Source of the DNA: Gammaproteobacteria bacterium
GTDB lineage: Bacteria; Pseudomonadota; Gammaproteobacteria; Eutrophobiales; Eutrophobiaceae
Length of the DNA stretch: 64,000 nucleotides
Assembly (NCBI GenBank): GCA_965222155.1
Contig: CBDCTH010000004.1
Location: 320,001 to 384,000 of the forward strand
Reading direction: 5' to 3'
Below, one piece after another: positions 20,492 through 32,498 of the stretch. The notes beneath the pieces were generated by a model that worked only from the letters and a program-made list of their open reading frames with translations, was not told where the DNA came from and did not search any database. A program made the translations under genes and the position numbers. How positions within the stretch are numbered: the stretch's first letter is position 1; every line of letters starts with the position of its first letter.

Positions 20492-23400
20492 TCTACGGAT
20501 ATAGTAAAAATTAAATTTTCCTAAACGGTTCGTGGTACAAGAACGGGGAGAGGGTCATTACTAACATCCAGCATAATACAGTAGAGGTATAGACATGACT
20601 CAGTCTGGTGGTCCTGCAGCGATCAATGGATTTCTCTATCAGATAATTCACCACCTCGGATGGATGGCGAGCGTTACCTTGAAGGGAAAAGTAAATGGTC
20701 AAGCAATTTCGGAAGCATGCCTAGTATTGGAACCTCGTAACGGTGGGGATGCACGTGCCGAGAGCCATGGTGTTTATATTGTGGAGCAATATAAGACTCG
20801 CGAAAACCGTACTTGGCCACTAAACGACATAAAACCAGTCCTCCGTGATCTCTGGAAAGCGATTCCCCTTCCTTTACCTCTGAATGCCAGTTATCGTTTC
20901 GTAACAAACGGACGGCGTGGAAAACTCGATACATTTGAGACCTTTCTTGATGATGTAAAGAGGGTTAACAGTCCAGATGAACTCGATAATAGTAATCAGA
21001 AAAAATTTAGTAATAGTCTTATTTTGACAAACCGTGAGTTCTTCGATCATGTCAATGCTCTAGTCCAGAACAAAGATTCACAGCATATCACCGAAACTTT
21101 CACCACTTTTCATCTGTTAGCCCATTTTGAGATGGGGTTCTGTGTCAGTAGCAGTGACCACGTTGCTAAACTTGAAAGCCTCTTACGGCCCTATGCCCCT
21201 AATCTTGGTGATGAACAAGGGATTCGCGAGCATCTAGTTGGAATGCTGCTTGATAAATTGGCTGAAGGCGAAACAAGACTTGACACTAACGGAATAAATT
21301 CCTTATTCCGTAAGGCCAACCTCAATCCTGAACGGCTATACAGGTTGGCGACATTGCCAGATTCAATGTATGCGTTGACGCACCGCCGCCTCTCAAAGTT
21401 GCAATACGACCCAGGGAGAGACGTCCGTGGCATACCAGAATGGCCAGAGAATAAACAAATTCTGCTGATTGCAGGTGAAAGTGGCGTCGGTAAAACATGG
21501 CAACTCGGAAGACTATTGGAGACACATGGAAATAAGGGAGATATTGTAAACTTGGTACTTTCGGCGCGATCTCGCGAAGATTTACTGAGCTAAATATCTC
21601 GTGACCTATGGGAAACAGGACTCGGTGAAACATCAGACAAGTCCATAGTTGCAGTAACGCATTTCCTCCGCGAACTAGATAAGAACAATTCCAATCAGAC
21701 ATTGATCGTCGCACTTGACGATGTCCAGGACATAGACCTTGCCCGGGAACTAGTGCGCCAAGACTGGTCTGACTGGGAAATTCGCTTGGCACTAACGGTT
21801 CCGCGTAGCGTGGCGCGATCATTATCTATGACGGATAGCGATACTGTCCACGTACATCACGTTAGTGAATTTTCGGTAGAAGAACTCGATTTATTACTGA
21901 AACAGCATAATCAGCGATGGGCTGATCTTCCACCAGATCTGAAAATATTGCTGCGCACTCCTATTCTTGCTGGTCTTTATCTCAAACTTTCTTATCGATC
22001 ATTCCAAAGCGCACCGCGTAGCGAATATGAGATATTCGATCGGTTTTGGCAGAAGATTGTAGAAAAAGGAACAGTTGGGGATGAGGGTATTGTAACAGCG
22101 CTGGCTGCGCATACGCGTAAGGGGAAAGTTTATCCTCTTAAGCAAACGATGTGGCACAAGATTGGACTGATTAACGGGGAAACCCTAGAACGCCTTCTAT
22201 CAACTGGCTGGCTTCGATACTCTGATAACGGCGAAGTCGGATTTACACATGACAGACTTCTGAATTGGGCAGTCGCAAAATCCTTGGTGCAGGAATTTAA
22301 TCGCGGAGAATTATCGCTGGAAGATTTGGGAGCCTATCTTTCGGTCGAAAATAATAAACTAGACCAGCAGATGTCGTACAGACTAGGCTATGTTCCCTTG
22401 GATATGCTCTGGTTACTAGCTGAGAACCCACAGAACACCAAGACGATATGCCAACTCGTCGAATTAATGGAAGACAGAGGAAAATTTGGAATTCATGCTG
22501 AAGAGCTATACGCAGATCACCTGCCGACACTTGGTCAACGAGTTATTCCGATACTCCAAGAACGATTGCAGGCCATTATAACTAGTCCAGATAGGGAGTA
22601 CCAGATAGCTCTAATCGGTAAATCTTTTGCTGCTCTTGCAAAGCAAGAGAATATCACACTAAAAGATACTGTCGTTTCTCTATTGAACTCGCCATCCCGT
22701 GATCTTCAAAACGTAGCTCTCGCGGCTCTAACTGTAGCACCTAATGTAGAACAACTCGACCGCTTGTGGGAATTGCACCAATATCGATGCGATGCACTGG
22801 AGGACAAGGTCGAAAACTCAAGACATAAGGACTATACAACAAGCTTTACAGCTATGCGTGCAGCTATTTCCTTCGACCCCGCATGGCTTCGTAACAGAAT
22901 CCTGAAAACTGACACATTGAAGGAGAACGTCTCTGCACTTGGATATCTCCTTAACGCTATGGAAAACAACGAAGCACTGGAAATCTGGAAAGAGAGCGGA
23001 CATATATTGATGAAAAAGGTGCCTGCCAGTAAGCCTCGTTGTCTACTAAATTGCATTGCTCGTTTCAAAGATCAGAAGAATCGTGATTTCGTAATAAAGA
23101 ACCTATCGCACTCGGATGATTTTGCCGGCGCTATAGCACTCACTGCTCTCTCAGTCCTTGACCCTACTGCCGCCATTGATCGGCTAGTTCAGATAGATGA
23201 TGCTCAGCGCTACTTGTTCCGTAATCATTGGCTTCCAACACTCCTGTATGCACAACCGGAACTAACACAAAATCGTATCCTCGAACTAGCTAAAGTAGAT
23301 CAGTCTGGATATCGTTTAGTGATAGATCTATTCTGGGAGCGACCGAACCAAATAAACGGAGAAATGCTTTGTTTTATACTGCGTTCACTGGAAAACAGCT

Positions 23401-24540
23401 TATGTAAACATATGAATGAGGTCCTGGTCGGAGACCCATTATGGCTTAACAACCCGTTTGATTTTCTTGGGCGCATCAGCCGTCTTGACCTATTAGAAAT
23501 ATTGGCAGCCGAGGCCGATAGTCGATTAGAAGAGATGATTACCGAGGTTGCGTGTAGTCGACTACGTACAAACAGTAATTTTCGTGACAGCATCCGCGAA
23601 GATGCACGTCGAATCCTGATTCTCATCGGTGGAGAAGGCATCACAACCATGATTAATCGGGAATTAGATTCAGGACATTTTTGGGTGCGCCATGGTGGCT
23701 TGAAATGGGCAATGGTGCGGAACGATAACGGTATTGTGGAAAAACTCTGTGCAATTGCTTCACGTCAAGCTTCAAGAAATGAGGATGGAAGTATTGAGTC
23801 CAGTTTTCTGCAAGAGTTTGTACAGGCTACGAAAGCACTTGCAGCTTTGGGGTCTGATACAGCTTTAGTTGAAACTCTGAGAAATAGTGGCTTAGTGGAA
23901 GTGTCTATCGAGCTTACCCAGCTTCGTGCGCACCGTGGTTTGATGCCAAAAGCTATCACCGCTCAAACGCTACAAGTGTTGCAAAGTGAGGATTCATCTG
24001 AAGAATTGTTACTGACTGAGATTATGATTGCATGGCTCAGTCAAGACGCTGAGTTAATTTCACAGATGCGTTCGATATTAGAGCGCGCAGACATAGAAGG
24101 ACGAATTGCCACTTATGCCTGCATCGCACTTCAGGCACTTGGTGATAGCTCAGATGAGTTCGCACGGCTAGCTTATCGCCTTCTCTATACTGAATCTAAC
24201 ACGTCTAATGGGTTACAAGCACTGATCTGGTTGGGTAATCGAGGAGCAAAATTGCTCGCAAATTGGCTTCAGGATGCAAGTGCGCGGAAGAATGAGAGAC
24301 ATGATACATCCGCAATCTACACTTTATATGATTATCCCTCAACCAGGGACATAAGTATTAATGCTGCTCTCACAAAATGCCTGAGTAGAAGCTCGTATTT
24401 TGATAGTCCATTTGACATTGCTGCTGAAGCAGAAAACTGCGTATTTCACTGAATCCTGCCACCCGTTTCACGTGAAGGCTGCCACCCGGAACGCAGCAAA
24501 GCTGCCACCCCCAGGCGCGTGATGACGTGGGTGTTGGTCA

Positions 24541-25299
24541 TTATGACTCTGTTGGGGTCATCGTCGTCAATGTTTTTTTCTGTTTTCGCATGGATTCACC
24601 CTTGAGTTGTATTTTGTAAGCATTGTGCACCAGGCGGTCAAGGATGGCATCGGCGAGGGTGGGGTCGCCGATGCTGTGATGCCATTTTTCGGCCGGTAAT
24701 TGACTGGTAGCGAGGGTGGAGCGTGCGCCGTGGCGGTCTTCCAGGATTTCCAGCAGGTCACGGCGCTGCTCTGCGTTCAATTTGACCAGGCCCCAGTCAT
24801 CGAGGATGAGGGCCTGGGTTTTTGCCAGGGTGGTGAGGAGCTTGGGATAGCGTCCATCGCCCTTGGCGATGGACAGGTCCTGGAGGAGTCTGGGCAGGCG
24901 CAGGTAGAGGGCGGTGTAGCCGTGCCGGCAGGCGTTGTGTGCCAGGGCACAGGCGAGCCAGGTTTTGCCGACGCCGGTGGGGCCGGTGATGAGGATATTG
25001 AGGTGTTCGCGGACCCACTGGCAGGTGGCCAGTGATTGCATCAGGGATTTATCCAGTCCGCGCGGGTGGCGATAGTCGATATCCTCCAGGGTGGCATTGT
25101 GTTTGAGGCGGGCGCATCGCAGCCGGTTGGACAGGCGTCGGTTGTCCCGTTCGGTTATCTCCCGGTCGACGAGCAGGCCGAGGCGTTCCTCGAAGCTGAG
25201 GGTATCGATATCGGGCACGGACATCTGCTCGGTGAGGGCGGCAGCCATACCGGTGCATTTCAAGGTCTGGAGTTTGTCCAGGGTGGGATGTATCAACAT
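24541..25299 (-). CDS. istB: IS21 helper ATPase
   Basis: GPTGVGKT, LILDDWG, ADAILDRLVHNA, GESMRK. Confidence 0.95.
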   Translation of the reverse strand: MLIHPTLDKLQTLKCTGMAAALTEQMSVPDIDTLSFEERLGLLVDREITERDNRRLSNRLRCARLKHNATLEDIDYRHPRGLDKSLMQSLATCQWVREHLNILITGPTGVGKTWLACALAHNACRHGYTALYLRLPRLLQDLSIAKGDGRYPKLLTTLAKTQALILDDWGLVKLNAEQRRDLLEILEDRHGARSTLATSQLPAEKWHHSIGDPTLADAILDRLVHNAYKIQLKGESMRKQKKTLTTMTPTES

Positions 25300-25318
25300 A
25301 GCAGTCTCCTGTCGTGGG

Positions 25319-26860
25319 TCAGTGGTAGTAGGATGGGCCACGGATATTGTCGTGGTCATCAGGTAAGGCCGCCTCGGTCTGCTCGGCGAGGGGTTGCCGG
25401 TCCAGGCCGTGGCGGAGGATGGATTCGATACTTTTGTAACTGTGGCTGCCCAGGGTGAGGGCGCGTTGGCAGGCGGCCTCCAGCCGGTCGTCGCCGTAGG
25501 TTTTAGCCAGGCGCAGGATCCCTAAGCAACTGCGGTAGGCCTGCTGGGGGTGCTTGCGGGCAGACAGGACACGGAGGATAAGGGTTTCTGTGGCCGGCCC
25601 GACCGGCGCGGCCCAGCGGCCCAGGCGTTGCGGGGACCACTCGCCGGCCTGGCGGTGCGCCTCGGGCATGTGGGCCGGGACGGTGGTATGACGTGCCTTA
25701 TGATACGAGCGTCGATGGCTGGCGATGCGCTGGCCGCGATGAAAGCATTCAATGGTGTTGGCGGTGATGCGCACGTCCAGTTGTTTTTTGATGAGCGCGT
25801 GGGGCACGGAGTAGTAATGGCCATGGACCTCGATGTGATAGTCGATATGGACCCGCGCCTGCTTCCACTCGGCGTATTCGTACGCTTCGACGGGCAGGGG
25901 GCGCAGGGCCGGTTTATCCAGTTGCTCAAACAGCGCGCGCCGGGTGCCCGGCAGTTTCTTGAAGGGCCGGTTGTTGAGCGTCTCCAGCAACGCCCGGATG
26001 GCGCGGTTCAACTCGGCCAGGGAGAAGCACTGACGCTGGCGCAGGGCGGCGAGGATCCAGCGCTCTACCACCTGTACCGCGACCTCGGCTTTCGCTTTGT
26101 CACGGGGACGACGCACCCGTGCCGGAATGATGGCTACCCCGTAATGGGTGGCCAGGTCCTGGTAGGTGGGGTTGATGTCCGGCTCATAGCGATGCGCCTT
26201 GCTGACCCCGGCGCGTAAATTATCCGGCACCACCACTTCAGGCACACCGCCCAGGTAGGTAAAACAGCGCACGTGGGCGCCGATCCAATCTTCCAGGCCC
26301 TGGCTCCAGGTGGCCTCGGCATAGGTGTAGTTCGACGCGCCCAGCGCGCCCACAAACACCTCTGCCTCACGGACTTCCCCGGTTGCCGGGTTGATGACCT
26401 GAGCACGCATACCGGCATAATCCACGAACAGCTTCTCACCGGCCCGGTGCTCCTGGCGCATGACCAGATCCAGCTTGCCACGCCACGTCCGATAATGCTG
26501 GCAGAACCAGGTGTACTGATAGCCTTGCGGGTGAGTCTGGCGATACTCATGCCATAACAACTGCAAGGTGACGCCCGGGCGTTTCAACTCCCGATGAATG
26601 TGTGACCAATCGGGCACGCCGCGGGCCGCGGCGGGTACAGCTGGGGCGGGCGGAAACAGCAGACGCTCCAGCGCCCCGTCATCCAGCGCCGCAGGCAGCG
26701 GCCAACCCAGCCCGGCCGCCTCGGCCCGGCGCAGGTACTCATCCACCGCCGGACGGGAAATGCCACAACTCCTGGCTGTCTGGCGTTTGCTCAGGCCCTG
26801 GCTCCAGCACAGGCGTAATACGTCTTTTATCTTTCTCATGGACAACCTCTTTGCAGGCAT
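25319..26860 (-). CDS. istA: IS21 transposase
   Basis: N-terminal HTH, FVDYAG, VVPDN, RPRDKAKAE. Confidence 0.95.
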   Translation of the reverse strand: MPAKRLSMRKIKDVLRLCWSQGLSKRQTARSCGISRPAVDEYLRRAEAAGLGWPLPAALDDGALERLLFPPAPAVPAAARGVPDWSHIHRELKRPGVTLQLLWHEYRQTHPQGYQYTWFCQHYRTWRGKLDLVMRQEHRAGEKLFVDYAGMRAQVINPATGEVREAEVFVGALGASNYTYAEATWSQGLEDWIGAHVRCFTYLGGVPEVVVPDNLRAGVSKAHRYEPDINPTYQDLATHYGVAIIPARVRRPRDKAKAEVAVQVVERWILAALRQRQCFSLAELNRAIRALLETLNNRPFKKLPGTRRALFEQLDKPALRPLPVEAYEYAEWKQARVHIDYHIEVHGHYYSVPHALIKKQLDVRITANTIECFHRGQRIASHRRSYHKARHTTVPAHMPEAHRQAGEWSPQRLGRWAAPVGPATETLILRVLSARKHPQQAYRSCLGILRLAKTYGDDRLEAACQRALTLGSHSYKSIESILRHGLDRQPLAEQTEAALPDDHDNIRGPSYYH

Positions 26861-27767
26861 CTGTGTCTCCTCCTTTCAGTAGAAATAAGGACACAGGATA
26901 CCCTTGGTTATCCACGTCAAACGCGCCGGTTATCTACCTCCTTGGGGGTGGCAGCTTTGCCGTGTAATGGGTGGCAGCTTTGCTGTGAAATACGCAAAAA
27001 CCCTGTAATCCGTGAAAAGATTATCGATAAGGCCTTTACAACACATTCAATTGTGACAAATCAACCGCTCACTGCCATTAAAGGACTAGCAAAGTTTGAT
27101 GTAGAACGAGCAATTGAAGCAATTGAACTTGCATTGCAATTTCATCATAAGATTGAACGGCAGCTATGCCAACTCCTCGTCCGCATTTCACCAGAAACTG
27201 CAGCACACCAGTTAATAAAATCCGCATATTCAATTGATAGAAAGTCCTTACGAAGTACAGTAGGACGGGCATTAAGGAAACTAGATTCTGAAATCGTATC
27301 GAGTTTAATCGTCGATAGAATGAGTGGCTTGATGCCCAGACCTGAGATAGCCGCAGAACTTGCTGGTTGGTTACAGCCCACACCATCGATTTCGAAGGAA
27401 CTCGGTAATCTCGCTGATTACCATAGTACAAACGAAGTCAGGTATGCTGCCCTAACTGCACTGGAACGACAACATCAAGAGGCGAATGTTTGCTCTCTTC
27501 TTGCTACTTTCCCCACAGCAGCTAAGGAAAGGCAATGGAGCATATTAGTCGCAATATTGGAAGCAGGTGATCCTCATCTGCTTAGTGATAGTAAAGATTC
27601 TCTCTGGATTGGCAGCATTTTTTCCGAAGATACACCTAATGTATTCTTGCACCATGCCGACTCGGTTTTGTCCCAGCGAAAAAAGAAAATAGAGTGAATT
27701 GGATTACTTTTTTACACTTCAATCAAATGTGTGATTCATAGACATCCTTTCAATAAAATGGGTGTCT

Positions 27768-28089
27768 ATGAACAGAGAGATTCAACAACGATTACAGTGG
27801 GTGCGGCTGTATGAAGAAACAGGTAATGCCGGGCTTGTCTGTCGCCGGTGTGGCATATCCAGGCCCACGTTAAGGAAGTGGTGGAAACCTTACCAACAAG
27901 ACGGAGAAGGCGGCCTGGTTGACCTGAGCCGTCGTCCTCATCACTCCCCCAACACTAAGGTTGGCAAGCAAGAAGAACAGCTCATTCTTAAATTACGCAA
28001 GACACGCAACTTGGGCGCCAGGCGGATTCAGAGCGAACTGAAGCGCCTCCACGAGATTTCCCTGTCATTGGCGACTGTTCACAAGGTGC
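27768..28089 (+). pseudogene. IS481-like transposase, 5' fragment
   Basis: RLQWVRLY...VCRRCGISRPTLRKW...LSRRPHHSP...LGARRI; truncated at an IS21-type end. Confidence 0.75.
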
Positions 28090-28488
28090 TGCGTAATCCG
28101 GCTGATCGTGAACACTCATTCTGGTTGAACGTGAACACTGATTCCGGTTCATCGTGAACACCTGTTCCGGTTGAACGTGAACACTTTTCGGGTCATTTCC
28201 GGAATCACTGTTCACGTTCCCGGAATCACCGTTCACAATCAACCGGAATCACACTCAACGCATTGAACTTGTAACCCTTTGGTAGGCTCTCTCCTTTTTG
28301 GAGGAGCCCACCATGCCAGGCAAGAGGGCAACAATGCGTAAACTACGAGACGTACTCCGGCTCCGGCACGCAGCCGGTCTGTCCGTGACATCAGCCGCAG
28401 CACCAAACTGAGTGCCGGCGGCATCCAGAAGCTGCTCAGCCGGGCCCAGGACCTGCACCTGAGCTGGCCGCTTCCCGCGGACCTGGAT
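28090..28488 (+). mobile_element. IS21-family left end with GTGAACAC repeats and a frameshifted istA 5' remnant
   Basis: TGCGTAAT start, four ~23-bp direct repeats plus inverted copies; MPGKRATMRKLRDVLRL from 28313 and LSWPLPADLD resemble the istA at 26860. Confidence 0.75.
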
Positions 28489-28757
28489 TGAACCGCCCCG
28501 GATTTGCCGGAGACTCCATTTCTTGAGAGGATGATTATACCTCGGAGATTCAGGAACGGGCAGTGCGCCTGGTCTTTGAACATCAGTATGTATTAGGATC
28601 AGAATGGGTAGACTGTTTTGAACATCGCTGTCTGCTGGTACCCATTTGCAACGTGCCACCGGCTGAGTATGAAAAGATGTACTATGACGGGTTTAACCGG
28701 TCATGCAAAGCGGCATGACTCAAACTAACGGGTCTCCGGGATTCCCGGGGCGGTTCA
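28489..28757 (+). mobile_element. 269-bp internally deleted IS3-family element (MITE-like)
   Basis: IRs TGAACCGCCCCGG...CCGGGGCGGTTCA; keeps only the orfA start (ERAVRLVFEH) and orfB end (NVPPAEYE). Confidence 0.85.
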
Positions 28758-28830
28758 GTGTAAAACAAGATATTTGACGTAATGAATTTCACCTCAATCA
28801 AATTGGATAGAATGTAGTGAAAAGATTAAA

Positions 28831-30401
28831 TAGTCGATCCTGAAAAACCCATTTCAGGTTGCCATTATGGGTGCCGGTAGCGGAGCCAGACAAGCCAGCT
28901 TTCGGTTCAACTGTGTGCCGGCGCTTAATAGACGCGCTGCGGGCATCAACAAGCGGAGCCAAGCCAGTATAAGTATCCTTTTTTCGAGACAAAAAAACCT
29001 GAGCCGTCTCAGGATCAGGCGCAGGTTGTGACCGGCACAACTCAACAGGACATTTAATTGGTCGCCTTGTGTCCCTTTCAGGTAATTACGTCCCAACAGC
29101 CCGTCGGCTTTCAGGTGGCCGATAACCGGTTCAATCGTCTGACGGCGCTTGAGCGACCGTTTCAATCGTTGGGTTTTGATGCCGCGCTTCTGCCCGGAGA
29201 TATACACCGTACTCGCCGTTTCATCATGCCCCCGATAGCCCTTGTCCACAAACGCCTCATCAATATTCGTCCCGGTCAAGCGCCGCACCTGTGCCAGGGC
29301 TTTCTTCAAGGTGTGGCCGTCATACGGACTGCCCGGCAAGGCCATACCCCCCACCACGAAGTTGCTCTTGTTGGTCGTGGCAATACTCGCCTTCACCCCG
29401 AATTCATACCGTTTATGCACTTTACCTTTGCTGATACATTCCACCTCCGGGGCATGCAGGCTGTACAGCTTATTTTTATCCTGTTTCTGTTGCCCCAACA
29501 GTCGCTTGGCCAAGGCCAACTCGTCCGCATACACCGCCTGTCGGGCCGCATTGCCAGCGGTGTTACGCTCAATGTCACGCACCACCCGGCCCAGATACGT
29601 GCGTAACCGCTTCACTTCGCGCCGCAGCCGCCGATACTGTTTGGCGTGACCGTAGCGGTTCGCCTGTTGCAGCGCCCTGGGCCCCTTGCGGGCATAGCTC
29701 TGGCGTAACACCACCCCCTGGCGCCGGCATAACCGTACCAGGCGCTCACGCGACCGATTCAGCAGCTTGCTGTCGGTCGGATAACTCACCGCCTTCTCCT
29801 GCACCGTCGTATCCACCGTCACCCGCTTGAAATCTGTGGTTTTGACTGCGTTACTCTGCACCCCGGCCGCCACCGTCACCTGCAAAATCCGCTCACACCC
29901 CGACTGGCCAATGCGCCGCCGAAACCGCGTCAGACTGCTCGGATCTACCGGCGCCTCATGCTGAAAATACACCTCCCCGCAGAAATACTGCCAATACGGA
30001 TTCTCCACCCAGCCCGACACCACCGCCTCGTCCGACAACCCGTAACAATGCTTCAGATACTGCAAGCCCACCATCAACCGGGTCGGTTTCCCCGGACAAC
30101 CGTTATCCGGGCAATACAGTGACCCGAACTCGTTATCAAACACCGACCACTCTATCAGGTCGGCCAGGCGATATAAGGCATGGCGTTGGTTGAGCATATT
30201 GTCTAGTCGTTCGCGGAACAGGTCGGTTGCGGTGCGGGTCGCGGCGTCAGCTTGCCTGGGCGTCATGTTTGCCTCCGATATTGCAGGAAAATGGAGCATT
30301 ATGATACCAAAACAGGCAATTTCAGTCCAGGAATATTTACAACTTAAACAAATATAATCAATAGCTTAGAGTGTCTTTTAAGGGTTTTTCAGGGACGACT
30401 A
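28831..30401 (-). mobile_element. IS5-family element
   Basis: 20-bp imperfect IRs TAGTCGATCCTGAAAAACCC / GGGTTTTTCAGGGACGACTA flanking a transposase. Confidence 0.88.
28854..30266 (-). CDS. IS5-family transposase
   Basis: ENPYWQYFCG, VDTTVQEK, YEFGVK, VDKGYRG, IEPVIGHLK. Confidence 0.92.
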   Translation of the reverse strand: MTPRQADAATRTATDLFRERLDNMLNQRHALYRLADLIEWSVFDNEFGSLYCPDNGCPGKPTRLMVGLQYLKHCYGLSDEAVVSGWVENPYWQYFCGEVYFQHEAPVDPSSLTRFRRRIGQSGCERILQVTVAAGVQSNAVKTTDFKRVTVDTTVQEKAVSYPTDSKLLNRSRERLVRLCRRQGVVLRQSYARKGPRALQQANRYGHAKQYRRLRREVKRLRTYLGRVVRDIERNTAGNAARQAVYADELALAKRLLGQQKQDKNKLYSLHAPEVECISKGKVHKRYEFGVKASIATTNKSNFVVGGMALPGSPYDGHTLKKALAQVRRLTGTNIDEAFVDKGYRGHDETASTVYISGQKRGIKTQRLKRSLKRRQTIEPVIGHLKADGLLGRNYLKGTQGDQLNVLLSCAGHNLRLILRRLRFFCLEKRILILAWLRLLMPAARLLSAGTQLNRKLACLAPLPAPIMAT

Positions 30402-30494
30402 AATACGGTTTCATGTCAATATATATTTATATTTTATAATTATTTTTGAGTCAATTATAATTTGAAGAATACATAAATCACTACACAAATCTAT

Positions 30495-31142
30495 ATGGAA
30501 AAAACAAAGCGAAAAAATACAACATCCAAACACGGCTTCACACCACAGCAGGAAAGAAGTAAACAAACTGTAGAAAAGATATTAAAAGTTGCTACGAAAC
30601 TATTCATTAAACATGGTGTTGCTGCTGTTAACTTAGGTCAGATTGCACGTGATGCTAATATTCCTACAGCAACAATTTATAGATATTACCCCAATAAAGA
30701 AGAATTGATCGTACACCTAATGAGTGATGATTTGAACATCATGCTTAACAATGCCCAAGAAAAATTGGACAGAGCGAGGAATATAGAAGAATTTAATTCG
30801 GCATTGTTAGTGGTTCTTTGGGACACCTATGAAGAGATACAAGATCATCAATTCTTGCATGGGGCATTCGGAGCATTGCTTTCGGAACGAAGTCAGAAAC
30901 AAAGGTTATATGATGAAAATCAAAATTGGATAAATCTATTCCATATGACTGGGCGTCGATTTGTAGACAATATTTCTGATGAACACTTACGAACAAGGTT
31001 GACGGTTCTTAACGCTATGTGGAATGCTACAGTGAGAGTGGCGTATCTCACCACTAGAAACGAAGGTGATACACTGATGAAAGAAGCAATTTCGATTTTT
31101 TGTCGAGAGCTGGATCTACCCGTCCAAGAATTAAAAGTATAA
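30495..31142 (+). CDS. TetR-family regulator
   Basis: PQQERSKQTVEKIL...IARDANIPTATIYRYYPNKEEL. Confidence 0.9.
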   Translation: MEKTKRKNTTSKHGFTPQQERSKQTVEKILKVATKLFIKHGVAAVNLGQIARDANIPTATIYRYYPNKEELIVHLMSDDLNIMLNNAQEKLDRARNIEEFNSALLVVLWDTYEEIQDHQFLHGAFGALLSERSQKQRLYDENQNWINLFHMTGRRFVDNISDEHLRTRLTVLNAMWNATVRVAYLTTRNEGDTLMKEAISIFCRELDLPVQELKV

Positions 31143-31202
31143 TAAGTATTTACAGGTTACAATTTTTCGATGACAAGTGTTGAGAAAAGCACATACGATT
31201 AA

Positions 31203-32384
31203 TTAACTTTTTGATTCTGAACGGATAAAATAGGTAATATACTTTGCATGCGCCACTAAAACAGTAAAAGCAAGGCAGTATGAAAGTGAACCGGCATATA
31301 AGCCGGCGATAGGACTATCAAGCCATTGTACAATTACGCTGCTTGAAAAAGGTGCAATTGTTGCCGCAATCCCACTTGATACGATAATGAAGGATATGTG
31401 TTTATGTGAGGGCAGAGACACAAAATTTAACCCATAGACAACAAAAACATTATAAAGTACGGATACAGCCAAGCCAAACGTCGCCGCGATTAAAATAGTT
31501 ATTGCGTAACTATGAGCGACTGTAAATAGCAGACCGCTCAGAGCCCCTATCAATAATGCCGCGCAAATAAAATACAAAATCCTTACTTTAGCAACAATGT
31601 ATATTCCTGCTATAGATCCAATCAGAGCTGTACTAAAAACAGATGAGATAAGTTTGCCTGATTCTTCTGTCCCCAACGCCAATACATTTTGTGCATATTG
31701 AGGTAACCACAATATTATTGAATATTTACCATGTATAACTAAAAATAAACTAACTCCCGCAATTATAATGCCGCTATTCCATTCTACCTCTCCTTTTGAT
31801 GCTGACTTATCATAGTCAGAGTTTATGTTGGAGAAGCTGGATTGCAATGAAAGATACAGGATAATGACCGCAAAGGCGACGACGGCCAATAAACAGTAAG
31901 CCCATGGAAGTTGACGTAATAAAATATAAGAAGTTACAAACGGGAAAAATACGCCACCCAGGTTATAAGCTGCATCCAATCCGATAAAAAAAGATTCCCT
32001 TTTCTTGGCCTCCCATAGTTTTCCAATGACTATTCCTGCTATACATGTGCTTATTCCTGTCACAAGTCCGATTATCCCGAGAAATATTGGTAGAACGGAA
32101 TAATTTTCAATGAATAAGATGCTCAATACGGAAATAATAAGAACCAGACTATATCCGAGCACCATGGATTTTATTCTGATGTAATCAAAAAGGAAATACG
32201 CAGCTAAGGTACCTGCTAAAAAGCCGCCGGTAAGAAATGAAAAAATTGCCGTCGTGGAAGTGACTTCCTTATTATATGCACTTGCTATCGGACCCGTGAG
32301 CAAACCAATCTGTGTGACAAAACCGGCGATCACTACATATATTAAAATACAGATCAGCGAAAGCCTTAACTTTTCAGAAGTCAT
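31203..32384 (-). CDS. MFS transporter (TsgA-like)
   Basis: 393 aa with about 12 hydrophobic segments. Confidence 0.8.
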   Translation of the reverse strand: MTSEKLRLSLICILIYVVIAGFVTQIGLLTGPIASAYNKEVTSTTAIFSFLTGGFLAGTLAAYFLFDYIRIKSMVLGYSLVLIISVLSILFIENYSVLPIFLGIIGLVTGISTCIAGIVIGKLWEAKKRESFFIGLDAAYNLGGVFFPFVTSYILLRQLPWAYCLLAVVAFAVIILYLSLQSSFSNINSDYDKSASKGEVEWNSGIIIAGVSLFLVIHGKYSIILWLPQYAQNVLALGTEESGKLISSVFSTALIGSIAGIYIVAKVRILYFICAALLIGALSGLLFTVAHSYAITILIAATFGLAVSVLYNVFVVYGLNFVSLPSHKHISFIIVSSGIAATIAPFSSSVIVQWLDSPIAGLYAGSLSYCLAFTVLVAHAKYITYFIRSESKS

Positions 32385-32498
32385 CTAAGGTTTGTCTGTT
32401 TTTGCCGGCCAGATTATTTCAATTAAACGGAGTTTCCAAATACTAAAACCAATTTGTTTGATATCTCGTCCAGGATATATTCAGAGGTAAAACAACCT

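Larger units (their letters stand above)
24438..26996 (-). mobile_element. Complete IS21-family element
   Basis: IRs TGCGTATTTCAC / GTGAAATACGCA, internal GCTGCCACCC repeats, 5-bp target duplication AAAAC, istA-istB. Confidence 0.95.
20595..27697 (+). pseudogene. Nuclease-STAND NTPase-helical repeat (Avs/NLR-like) gene, broken by an in-frame stop and an IS21
   Basis: GFLYQ..D..EQYK nuclease-like N-terminus, GESGVGKT Walker A, IVALDD Walker B, FTHDRLLNW. TAA at 21591-21593 is in frame with the 21702 ORF; the frame resumes at 27002 after the IS. Confidence 0.75.

Noticed and set aside
28090-28252. GTGAACAC ~23-bp repeats as a mini-CRISPR or iterons
   Set aside because: They follow a TG terminus and precede an istA remnant, typical of IS21-family end repeats.
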